From Treponemataceae bacterium (GTDB taxonomy: Bacteria > Spirochaetota > Spirochaetia > Treponematales > Rectinemataceae): DNA of 64,000 nucleotides. Made by a program: the position numbers and the translations under genes. The stretch covers positions 1,216,001 to 1,280,000 of the forward strand of contig CAXXVZ010000003.1 of the NCBI GenBank assembly GCA_963678065.2. The letters are read 5' to 3'. A model generated the notes under the pieces. The model did not search any database. It worked only from the letters and a program-made list of their open reading frames with translations, and was not told where the DNA came from. Of the stretch, positions 53,263 to 61,970 are shown piece after piece. Positions within the stretch are counted from its first letter, which is position 1, and each line of letters opens with the position of its first letter.

Positions 53263-54108
53263 TCATCCCTTCACCGCCCCGGCAGTCATCCCGTCGATGA
53301 CCAGCTTGTTGAGCCCGGCGTAGAGCCCCAGAGTGGGCATGACACCGATCGCGATGGCCGCAAAGATGGCGCCCCAGTTCTTGTTGCCCCACTCGTCGGA
53401 GAAGTACATGAGGCCGGTCTGCACCGTCTTCATGGCGGTCCTTGAGATGAAGGTCATGGAGAAGATCATGTCGTTCCAGCGGAAGAAGAATTGGATGACC
53501 ACGACGGTGATGATGGCGTTCATCGAGAGGGGGACGACGATCTTCCAGAACACGGTGTAGATATCGCAGCCGTCTATCACCGCCGCTTCGATGAGCTCGT
53601 CGGGCAGGCTCATCATGTATCCTGAGATGAGGTACACGGAGAGGGAGAGCCCGAAACCCGTGTAGGTAATGATGAGGCTCCAGTAGGTGTTGAGGAGATG
53701 GAGCGACTTGTACATCGTGAAGAGGGGTATGAGGACGATGGTCACCGGAACCATGATGCCGCTCATGAAGAAGGACATCGCTGCCTTGCGCAGCTTCCAG
53801 CGCATCTTCACGAGCGCGAAGGAGACGCTCGTGCTGAGGAGGACGATGAGGACGAGGGAGGTCGCGGTCGTGATGAGGCTGTTCTTGAAGAAGATGCTCA
53901 TCTTTCCGGTCGTCCACGCGTCGACGTAGTTCTTGAGGTAGAGCCCCTCGGGAAGGGCGTAGGAGGGATTGACGGTGAACTCCCGCGTCGCCTTGAAAGA
54001 GGACAGGAGCATCCACAGTATCGGGTAGACCTCGACTGCGAGAAAGAGGAGCACGAGGACCTTGAAAAGCGCGGAAGAGAACCGCGCGCCGAATTTCGAT
54101 CTGATCAT
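53263..54108 (-). CDS. Carbohydrate ABC transporter permease
   Basis: LIEAAVIDG, RWND, GMTAGAVKG. Confidence 0.93.
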   Translation of the reverse strand: MIRSKFGARFSSALFKVLVLLFLAVEVYPILWMLLSSFKATREFTVNPSYALPEGLYLKNYVDAWTTGKMSIFFKNSLITTATSLVLIVLLSTSVSFALVKMRWKLRKAAMSFFMSGIMVPVTIVLIPLFTMYKSLHLLNTYWSLIITYTGFGLSLSVYLISGYMMSLPDELIEAAVIDGCDIYTVFWKIVVPLSMNAIITVVVIQFFFRWNDMIFSMTFISRTAMKTVQTGLMYFSDEWGNKNWGAIFAAIAIGVMPTLGLYAGLNKLVIDGMTAGAVKG

Positions 54109-54118
54109 GGCGCCCCCT

Positions 54119-55003
54119 TCAGGACTGACTGCGGCCGAAGAGGCCGTTCAGCGCCCCGCTCAGGAGGACGCACTCGAGGAGGATGAACACGGCTATGGCG
54201 CTGCCGTACCCGTATTGGCTGTGCAGGAAGGAGGAGTCATACATGTACATCGAAAGGGTCTTCGTCGCCGTGCCGGGACCGCCGCGCGTGAGGGCGAGGG
54301 CCGACTCGAAGACCTTCAGCGTGCCGGTGAAGCTGAAAACGAGGCAGGTCACCGTGATCGGCCTCAGCGAGGGCAGAAGGATGTGGCGCAGAAGCCGCGG
54401 CCCGCTCGCCCCGTCGATCCTCGCCGCCTCGATAATCTCCTGCGGGATGTCCATGAGGGCGGCGTAGAAGATGATCGCGTAGAAGCCCATGGCCGTCCAG
54501 GTGTCCATCGAGCAGAGCACGAGGAAGGCGCTCGTCGGCTGCCCCATCCAGGGCTGGACCCAGGATCCGAGGCCGAGGAGGACGAGAAGGCTGTTGACGA
54601 GGCCGTTGTTGGGCGTTATCTCGAACATCTTGTTGAAGAGTTGCCCCACCGCGACGACGGGAAGAACGACCGGGAAAAACACGATGGTGCGGACTGTCGT
54701 CTTGAACTTCCTGATCCCGAACATGAAGAGAAGCGACAGAAGGAGCCCGAGCCCCACCTGTCCCGTCACCACGATGGCGACATACGCAAGATTCATCCTG
54801 AAAGCGCCGAGGAATATTCGGTCGCCCCACATCTTGAGATAGTTCGAGAGCCCGACGAACTTGAAATTGATCCCCGGCAAACCCGAGAAGAGCGAGTAGT
54901 ACGCGGACCAGATGATGGGGATGAACACCGAAAAAAGATAGATCAGAGCGGCCGGGAGTACGAAAACGAGGATGGCCTTCTTGTCCCTTAACAATCGTTC
55001 CAT
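54119..55003 (-). CDS. Carbohydrate ABC transporter permease
   Basis: FVGLSNY, IEAARIDGA, TRGGP, YGYGSA. Confidence 0.93.
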   Translation of the reverse strand: MERLLRDKKAILVFVLPAALIYLFSVFIPIIWSAYYSLFSGLPGINFKFVGLSNYLKMWGDRIFLGAFRMNLAYVAIVVTGQVGLGLLLSLLFMFGIRKFKTTVRTIVFFPVVLPVVAVGQLFNKMFEITPNNGLVNSLLVLLGLGSWVQPWMGQPTSAFLVLCSMDTWTAMGFYAIIFYAALMDIPQEIIEAARIDGASGPRLLRHILLPSLRPITVTCLVFSFTGTLKVFESALALTRGGPGTATKTLSMYMYDSSFLHSQYGYGSAIAVFILLECVLLSGALNGLFGRSQS

Positions 55004-55019
55004 GGAGTTACCTGAAGGG

Positions 55020-55066
55020 AAAAGTGCGCGTTTGCCGGGCTCGCTTTCGCGGCCGCGGCAAACGTG
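55020..55066 (-). other. Intercistronic hairpin after the SBP gene (possible weak terminator)
   Basis: Stem CGCGTTTGCCG/CGGCAAACGTG, short U-run on the minus strand. Confidence 0.55.
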
Positions 55067-55078
55067 TCAGTCTGTTTG

Positions 55079-56362
55079 TTACTTGGAAGCCTGGTATTCT
55101 TTGTTGGCGGCGTCGATCTCCTTCCAGTACTGTTCGGGGGTGATCGTGCCCATGAAGAGGGATTGGATGTTGTCCTGGGCGACCTGGGAAGTCTTGCTGT
55201 CGAAGTTGGCCTCGAACCACAGTCCGGCGTTCTTCACTTTCTTGAGCTCGGCCTGGATTATCTTGGTGTAGCTGGGGAGGTTCGTGTTGGTCGACGTGAC
55301 CTTGTATCCCTTGAGAGCGCCGAAATCCTTCATGGCCTTGTCGCCCAGCCGGGTGAACACGTACTTGACCCAGTCCGCGGTTTCGGCGTTGTACTTGGCC
55401 TGGGAGAGGCAGAGGATCGTCCCGCAGTTGACCGAGTAATCGTCCATGGTTCCGACACCGCCCTTGACGAGGGGGATGTTGAAGAAGCCGATTCCGTCGG
55501 GTCCGGCGACGTTGCGCTTAGAGTCGTTGAGGTTCTCGGCGAACCAGGAGCCGTTGTAGAGCATGGCGGCCTTGCCGGAGAAGAGGGTATCCGCCGCGGT
55601 CGCGTAATCGACCGTGGTGATGCCGACGCCGAAATATCCCTTCTTGGCCATATCCTGGACGACGCGGGCCGACTCGGTGAAGGCGGGGTCGGTGAAGGAG
55701 AGCTTGCCGTTCACGCCCTTCTCCATGGCGTCCACGCCGAGCTTGCGCATGACGTACATGTTGAGAACGCGGGAGAGAGGCCACTTATCCTTGCCGCCCG
55801 CGGTGAAGGGCTGGATTCCCTTCGCCTTGAGTTTCTCGCAGGCGACCATGAGTTCGTCCCAGGTTTTGGGCGGGGCGGATATGCCGGCCGCCGCGAAATC
55901 TTTCTTGTTGTACCAGATTCCCTCGACGTTCATGCCGAGGGGAAGGTCGTACAGACCCTTGTTGGAGGCGAGGCGCTTGAGGAGGGAGACGGCGCCCGGA
56001 TCGAGGTACTCGGAAATTCCGAGATCCTTGAAGGCCTTCTCGATGTTGACGATCTTGCCCGCGTCGATCAGTTCGAGGATGGGCGTGCCGGACTCGTAGG
56101 CGAAAACATCGGGCAGGTCGTCGCTCGCGAGGAGAACCTTGACCTTCTGCTGGAGGGAATTCGTGTCGACGAGCTCGAAATCGACCTTGAAATTCGGGTG
56201 AGTCGCCTGGTATTCCTTGGTCAGGTCGAGTATGAGCTTGGAGTTGTCGTTGGTCTCGGGCCAGATCGAAAGGAAAGACAGGGTCTTGGCTTTCGTCTGG
56301 GCGCCGGCAAAGCCGACAGCGACGATAAGCGCGGCAAGGAACAGCATGAATCTTTTGGACAT
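55079..56362 (-). CDS. Carbohydrate ABC transporter substrate-binding protein (CUT1)
   Basis: Signal peptide, LPDVF, WYNK, PKTWDEL, GKAAM. Confidence 0.92.
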   Translation of the reverse strand: MSKRFMLFLAALIVAVGFAGAQTKAKTLSFLSIWPETNDNSKLILDLTKEYQATHPNFKVDFELVDTNSLQQKVKVLLASDDLPDVFAYESGTPILELIDAGKIVNIEKAFKDLGISEYLDPGAVSLLKRLASNKGLYDLPLGMNVEGIWYNKKDFAAAGISAPPKTWDELMVACEKLKAKGIQPFTAGGKDKWPLSRVLNMYVMRKLGVDAMEKGVNGKLSFTDPAFTESARVVQDMAKKGYFGVGITTVDYATAADTLFSGKAAMLYNGSWFAENLNDSKRNVAGPDGIGFFNIPLVKGGVGTMDDYSVNCGTILCLSQAKYNAETADWVKYVFTRLGDKAMKDFGALKGYKVTSTNTNLPSYTKIIQAELKKVKNAGLWFEANFDSKTSQVAQDNIQSLFMGTITPEQYWKEIDAANKEYQASK

Positions 56363-56407
56363 TCTCGCTACCTCCTGAATCGTGTTCTACGCAATGAGCG
56401 TTTCACC

Positions 56408-56436
56408 AGTGTAGGAGGACAATTCGAATAAGTCAA
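56408..56436 (-). promoter_or_regulatory. Sigma70-type promoter of the SBP-permease-GH63 operon
   Basis: TTGACT-17-TACACT on the minus strand in an AT-rich region. Confidence 0.7.
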
Positions 56437-56662
56437 GAAAAAATAGAAAATATTCGAAAGCCTATTTCTATCGATAATCCTGCATTTATCCGCGTAATTC
56501 AGTGTTTTTATTTTCTATTTTTTTCGAAATAGCCAAATGCAGGAAAATGGGGAAGCGCGGGAGGCGTGGCCGCCATGGCGGCGGCCGACAGCATGGTGGC
56601 CACAGGAGGGCGATCGCCCTCTGCCGGCGGCAGAGGGGTCGGGCCATTCTACCCGGAGATAT

Positions 56663-58789
56663 TCAATCCGGTCGGGGCGAAGGCTGGAGCGGCCCTTTGC
56701 CGGCGGATGGCAGCGTCTGTCGCCCTAGCCAGAGCACCGAGGTGACGAGGCGTGGATAGAGGCGGGATCCCAGGTCTTTGCCGGTCGAGGAATCGACCTG
56801 GTCGGTCGCGGCGAAGTCGGCGCTGCCCGTTCTGAGCCAGCGCGCGTGCACTGTGTCCCGTCTCGTCCGCTCATCGGCGAATCCGAGGACGGTTTCGGCC
56901 ACGTACTGGTTCAGGAAAATCTTGCTGAGCCAGGTGTTCCTGCTCGTGGAGGAGAGTTTCCATCCGCCCGAGGCGGCGTCGAGGCAGAGCCCGGGTACGA
57001 GCACTGTGTCGAGGTGGCGCCTGAGGGCGCACACGAAAAGGCCGTACGGGCCGTCGGGCTCGACCGCCTCCGGGGCGCCACAGAAGCCCGGGTAGGCCAG
57101 CCCTTCCACCGCGGGAATGATGGAGGAGCGGTTGTCGCTCTCGAAGACGGCGGGGATGTAGCCCTCGGGTTCCAGCATCTTGTCGGTTATGGTGGCGGCT
57201 GCCGCCTGAGCCGCCGAGCCCGCGTCCCTCGCTTCGGCTGAGCCTGAGCCGTCCATCCTGCGGAAAAGCGCCTCGAGACAGACCAGGGCCGCCCAGGCCT
57301 TCACGGCCAGATAGAGGTTGTTGCGCGCCTGGCCGAGACTTATGTCGAGCGAATCGTAGGTTGTGATTTCTGCCCCACCCTCGCAGCGGTCCGAATCGCA
57401 GTCCATCACGCCGTCGCCGTTCGCGTCCCGCGCCCGTATCGAGCGCAGGCAGGAAAGGAGGGTGGATCGACGATTGCGGGCCCAGCCGAGGTCGTCGGCG
57501 AGGCTCGCGTAGAGGCATGCCGAAATCGACCAGTTGAGGGTTTCCTCGTAGCTCATGAAACTGAAGCAGTCCGTGAGCCCCGGCATCTCGTAGGCCGAGC
57601 AGCCGGGAGGAGTAAAACAGTCGTCGATTCCCTGATCGTGTGCGAAGGCGATGCCGAGCGAGTCCTCGTATGAGGAATGCTCCGCGAAGGACTCGAGTTC
57701 GTTGCGCAGCGTCCAGGGCGAAAAACGGACTTCCCAGAAAGCCTGGTCGACGGTGAGGTCGAGGGTGTTCATCATCTGGTACTCGCCCTCGTTGACCACG
57801 AAGACCGGCTCGCCCGATTCGGAGAGGAGGAGCTCGGTGCTGGCCGTGTAGCTGTGGGCCGCGTGCGCGAGAAGAAAGCTGCGATCCTCCGAGAGACCGG
57901 AATCTTCCATCGCACTGTCGAGACGCTCGGCCCTGAACAACGATTCCGCCTGCTCGTCGAGGGCGCTCTCGAGCACGTCTTCCAGGTCCTTGAAAAGACA
58001 GCTGTAATAGCTGTGCGCCGGCCGCCCGGCGGTCACGATGCCGTCCCGGAACACGCCGAGGGCTATCACGTACTCGGCTCTCTCTCCGGGGGCGATCCTG
58101 AAGCGGAGGCCGCCCTCGGAGGCCAGGCGCCTGAGGGGGCGGTCGCCGTTGAACGCCGCGTCGACGACGGACCAGTCCATCACCTCTTCGATCCCGGCTC
58201 CGGGCCGCGTCGCGAAACCGAACGCGGTGTCGGCGGCCATGCCGAGGAGTCCGCTTCCCGTGGAGTCGGAGAGCGGCCGGCAAAGGCCCTGCATGCCGAA
58301 GAGCCCGGTCATCGGGCTTTTCCCCTTGGAATTGTCAAACCGCAGGCGAAGAAGGAGGGAAGGCCGGAGCGAAGAGCGGGCGGACGCAGGATCCACCGAC
58401 TGCGGGTCGGGCACCTCGCCGAAGAAGGAGAAGACCCGGAACGAGAGGGCGCCGGCCCGCCATTCTTCGCCGGAGAGGGAGACCCATCGCTCGATTTCAC
58501 TTGGGACAAAGTATGCGGCGTGGCGCTGGTTGTCGCTCCGGCTCGAATCGACCTCGTCCTCGCGATACGCCGAGGCGCCGAGGCCGAAGCGCATGCCGGC
58601 GGAAAAGGGGAGCAGGCGAGGCTCGCCGCGCCCGATCCGGTAGCCGACGAAGAGTCCCGAGCGGGGCGGGCGAACATCGCCGATGACGACTCCCGCGCCC
58701 CTGCCGACCCGGCCCAGGACGAGGGAGGCGTACGCACCCCACATTCCGTGCTGCGAGTAATAGTCTATTTCGGGTACACGTACTGCCAT
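56663..58789 (-). CDS. GH52 beta-xylosidase
   Basis: HGMWGAYAS, VVNEGEY.MMNT.DLTVD, FAHDQG, CFSFMSYEE, EITTYDSLD.SLGQARNNLYLA, LSSTS.NTWLSKI, YPR. Confidence 0.9.
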   Translation of the reverse strand: MAVRVPEIDYYSQHGMWGAYASLVLGRVGRGAGVVIGDVRPPRSGLFVGYRIGRGEPRLLPFSAGMRFGLGASAYREDEVDSSRSDNQRHAAYFVPSEIERWVSLSGEEWRAGALSFRVFSFFGEVPDPQSVDPASARSSLRPSLLLRLRFDNSKGKSPMTGLFGMQGLCRPLSDSTGSGLLGMAADTAFGFATRPGAGIEEVMDWSVVDAAFNGDRPLRRLASEGGLRFRIAPGERAEYVIALGVFRDGIVTAGRPAHSYYSCLFKDLEDVLESALDEQAESLFRAERLDSAMEDSGLSEDRSFLLAHAAHSYTASTELLLSESGEPVFVVNEGEYQMMNTLDLTVDQAFWEVRFSPWTLRNELESFAEHSSYEDSLGIAFAHDQGIDDCFTPPGCSAYEMPGLTDCFSFMSYEETLNWSISACLYASLADDLGWARNRRSTLLSCLRSIRARDANGDGVMDCDSDRCEGGAEITTYDSLDISLGQARNNLYLAVKAWAALVCLEALFRRMDGSGSAEARDAGSAAQAAAATITDKMLEPEGYIPAVFESDNRSSIIPAVEGLAYPGFCGAPEAVEPDGPYGLFVCALRRHLDTVLVPGLCLDAASGGWKLSSTSRNTWLSKIFLNQYVAETVLGFADERTRRDTVHARWLRTGSADFAATDQVDSSTGKDLGSRLYPRLVTSVLWLGRQTLPSAGKGPLQPSPRPD

Positions 58790-58880
58790 GGTTCATTTTC
58801 CTCGTTCGCGCTGTCTTCGCCTTCGGCGCCGCCGTTGGCGTCGCTGGCAGCGGCATCAACGGCGGCGACATTCTCCGGTG

Positions 58881-58950
58881 ATGATACCGCCGGATTCGGG
58901 CTTTGCTCATCGGGATTGCGGCCATTTAATCCATCGGTCTTTTTACCTAT
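58881..58950 (-). promoter_or_regulatory. Candidate activator-dependent promoter of GH52 with two imperfect palindromes
   Basis: ATCGGGATTGCGGCCATT (58909-58926) and ATCGGTCTTTTTACCTAT (58933-58950); -10 TATCAT at 58886-58881; poor -35. Confidence 0.45.
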
Positions 58951-59057
58951 GCCTGTCCTCTGCCCTCGCCCGGACCGCCGCCAGTCCGTGGCCTGCCTAG
59001 GCTCGCCTGGCCCACCCGGTTCGCCAGGCCATCGGATCCCCCGGAGGCGGCCGCGGC

Positions 59058-59702
59058 CTAGTCGCGCGAGGCCCACTCGACCGCGAACTTGCGCAGGTCG
59101 GCGGCGGATGGCAGGCCGAGTTTGTCCTTGATGTGGTCGCGGTAGGCGTTGACGGTCTTCACGGATATCCCGAGACGCTCCGCGATCTCGGCCGCGCCGC
59201 AGCCCTTGCCGATGAGGGTGAAGACCTCCAGTTCCCGGTCCGAGAGCCTCGTCACGGGATCGACGTCGGATTTGCCCCCGACGATACCCTCGAGCATGCG
59301 CTGGCGCAGCTCCTCGCTCACCGCGATCCGCCCTTCGAGGACGGTTCGCACCGCGGCCAGAAGGACGCTGGGACTCTCGTGTTTCATCACGAAGCCGCGG
59401 GCTCCAGCCTTGAGCGCCCGCTCTCCGTAGAGGTTCTCTTCGTGCATGGACACGATCAGAACGAGAATCTCCGGGTAGTCGCGCCTGATCACGTGCACGA
59501 GTTCGAGGCCGCTTTGCCCTTGCAAGGATATGTCGACGATCGCGAGCCTCGGCCGGGATGCACCGAGGAGTCCGATCGCCTCGGCGACGCTTCCGGCCTC
59601 GCCCGCGCAGTCGAGGTGCAGCTCCTGGCTTATGAGCATCGTAACCCCGTGGCGATAGAGAGGATGGTCGTCGACGACAATGAAAGTCGGCCGTATCGAC
59701 AT
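59058..59702 (-). CDS. NarL/LuxR-family response regulator
   Basis: VVDDHP, IVDISL, VSMH, GFVMK, LSDRELEVF, IAERLGISVKTV. Confidence 0.95.
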   Translation of the reverse strand: MSIRPTFIVVDDHPLYRHGVTMLISQELHLDCAGEAGSVAEAIGLLGASRPRLAIVDISLQGQSGLELVHVIRRDYPEILVLIVSMHEENLYGERALKAGARGFVMKHESPSVLLAAVRTVLEGRIAVSEELRQRMLEGIVGGKSDVDPVTRLSDRELEVFTLIGKGCGAAEIAERLGISVKTVNAYRDHIKDKLGLPSAADLRKFAVEWASRD

Positions 59703-59705
59703 ATT

Positions 59706-61970
59706 CTACCTCGCCATCTTGCAGGTGATCGTCGTGCCCTGGTTCTTCGACCAGATGTGCAGCTCGCCGCCTATGACGCTCGCCCTGTACTTGAGTATCT
59801 GGAGCCCCATGCCGTTTTCCTCCCTGGCGCCCGCGGGAATGCCGATTCCGTCATCGCTCACCTCTACCGTGACGTTTTCGCGGTCCATGTAGAGCCCCAC
59901 CCTGATCTCCGTGGCCTGCGCGTGTTTGACCGCGTTGCTCAGAGCTTCCTGCACGATCCTGTACAGGTGGAGAGCCTTCCGGGAATCGCGCACCACGAAT
60001 CCTTTCGTAAGCTCGAATTTGATCTCGACTTCGTTCTGCTCGCGCGCCGCCTGGACGAGGCGCTCCACCGCCGAAACTATGCCCTTAGCCTCGAGTTCCG
60101 CCGGGTAAAGGCCCCTGGCGATGCCTTTCGCCTTGGCCGCCGTCTCGCCGGAGCGCCTGGCGATGGCGGCTGCGGCCTCAGCCTCCTCCGGCAGGCCTGC
60201 ACGAACGAGCTTGCCCTCGAGGACGGCGGCCATAATGCCGAGAACGGCGATGTCCTGACAGAGATTGTCGTGGAGATCGCGCCCGATGTCGCCCATGATG
60301 AGATTGGATATCTCCAGAAGCTCGCGCTCGAGGTTCTTCCGGCGGGCCATCTCGTCGACGAGGCGGGCGTTCGCCATCGAGAGTTCGAGAGTGCGGATGC
60401 GCACGTTCCGCTCGAGGTTCCGCTCCCTGTCGCGCTCGGCCGCCATGAGCATGGCGCCCTTGATGGCGCTCGACACCTGGTCGCGGAGGGCGTTGTACAC
60501 GCGTCTGTCGGTCGAATCGGCCGTGCAGATGAGGTATCCCAGTCTGTCGTCGCCGAAGCACAGAGGCTCGCAGACGTAGGCGCTCCAGTTCCCCGGCAGG
60601 CCGCCGGGTATGAGCTCCGCCGTTCTGAAGCGCATGCCGCAAGGAGCGAGGATGCGGACGCCGGCGCCGTCCGCCGCGAGGAAAAGCTTCGACCACTCCG
60701 GCGAGGCGCCCTTCGATTCGAAGAGGCTGAGCCAGCAGCCGCTCATCCCGAGCTCCCGCGTGCTGCGGGCTATCTCCTTGAGAATGACCTCGATCCTGAA
60801 GGACGAGACGAGGGAAGCTTCGATCTCGCCGAGCACCGCCGCCCGTTTCTCGGTGAGAAGGCTCTGGGAGGCGAGATAGCGGCATTCGCCTTCGGCGACG
60901 GCGAGGAGAACCTCGTCCCGCAGCTCGGGGGATATCGTCCGCCTGCGGAGCCAGCCGGGGTTCCTGCCCTCGCGTATCTCCCGGTTCACTTCGGACGAGA
61001 TAGTCGCGAGGGATGTGATCGGGTGTCCGTCGCCCGCCTTTCGCGGCCCTTCGGGCTCGGGAGCGTAGAGGCAGCCGCAGGACTCCCGTATCACGAAGGA
61101 TACGGGAAGATGGACCGCGGGCTCACTCTGCGCGAGGCCAAGTTTCGCGGCCATGCGGCGGACCGCCATGCGGCCGAGTTCGGCGGCGGGCTGCCGCACC
61201 GTAGTGAGGGGAGGCACGGAAAACCGGCTGTCCTCGGTGTCGTCGAAGCCGGTGACGGAGACCGCGCGCGGGACCTCGATGCCACGATCGGCGAGGGCGA
61301 TCATCGCGCCGAAAGCCATGAGATCGTTGGCCGCGACGATCGCGTCCACCTGGCCACCGGACTCAAGGAAGCGGGCTACCTTCCCGTAGGCCTCCTCTTT
61401 GCTGAAGTCGCCGTAGAGAACATCGATCGTGCCCGAACCCAGGACGAGGTCGGAGGCCCTGCGCAGGAACTCGGCCTTGCGGGCCTCGGATTCGATGTGT
61501 CCCTTGGGCCCGGCCAGAAAGAGGAAACGGCTCCTTCCATGGACCCGCACCAGATGCTCCGCGATGGAGCTCATCCCTCCCGACGCGTCGATCCGGACAC
61601 TCTCTACGCCCGGGAACTCTATCCCGACCGTGACGAGCTCCATGCCGCGGAATCGCCCTAGAAACGCGATCTGCTCCTCGTTCGATATGTATGTGCCGAT
61701 GACATTCGACATGACGATGAGGCCGGCGATTTCGCTGTGTTCGGCGAGGTCGAAGGCGATATTGTCGAGGGCTTCGTACCCGATGGGGCTGCCGATCCGC
61801 TGACCGCCGAAGAAGACGAGGGCGGCGCCCAGACGCTCCGCCTCGGCCACCGCGCCGGTCCAGACGGCGTGCTGGTAGGCTTCGTCGAAGCGCGCCGCGA
61901 GGAAGCCGATCGCCGGCGATTTCCTGGCCTTCCGCGCTGAGTCGACTCGCATCACTGCCGAGGATAGCAT
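59706..61970 (-). CDS. Soluble sensor histidine kinase: LacI-type sugar-binding domain + HisKA_3 + HATPase
   Basis: ANDLMAFG, VSVTGFDD, PPLTTVRQP, RESCG then RDLHD, QEALSNAVKHA, DDGIG, GMGL; no HTH and no obvious transmembrane helix. Confidence 0.88.
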   Translation of the reverse strand: MLSSAVMRVDSARKARKSPAIGFLAARFDEAYQHAVWTGAVAEAERLGAALVFFGGQRIGSPIGYEALDNIAFDLAEHSEIAGLIVMSNVIGTYISNEEQIAFLGRFRGMELVTVGIEFPGVESVRIDASGGMSSIAEHLVRVHGRSRFLFLAGPKGHIESEARKAEFLRRASDLVLGSGTIDVLYGDFSKEEAYGKVARFLESGGQVDAIVAANDLMAFGAMIALADRGIEVPRAVSVTGFDDTEDSRFSVPPLTTVRQPAAELGRMAVRRMAAKLGLAQSEPAVHLPVSFVIRESCGCLYAPEPEGPRKAGDGHPITSLATISSEVNREIREGRNPGWLRRRTISPELRDEVLLAVAEGECRYLASQSLLTEKRAAVLGEIEASLVSSFRIEVILKEIARSTRELGMSGCWLSLFESKGASPEWSKLFLAADGAGVRILAPCGMRFRTAELIPGGLPGNWSAYVCEPLCFGDDRLGYLICTADSTDRRVYNALRDQVSSAIKGAMLMAAERDRERNLERNVRIRTLELSMANARLVDEMARRKNLERELLEISNLIMGDIGRDLHDNLCQDIAVLGIMAAVLEGKLVRAGLPEEAEAAAAIARRSGETAAKAKGIARGLYPAELEAKGIVSAVERLVQAAREQNEVEIKFELTKGFVVRDSRKALHLYRIVQEALSNAVKHAQATEIRVGLYMDRENVTVEVSDDGIGIPAGAREENGMGLQILKYRASVIGGELHIWSKNQGTTITCKMAR

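Noticed and set aside
58765..59076. Small ORFs between the response regulator and GH52
   Set aside because: No RBS or motif, overlap neighbouring genes; region better explained as promoter and leader
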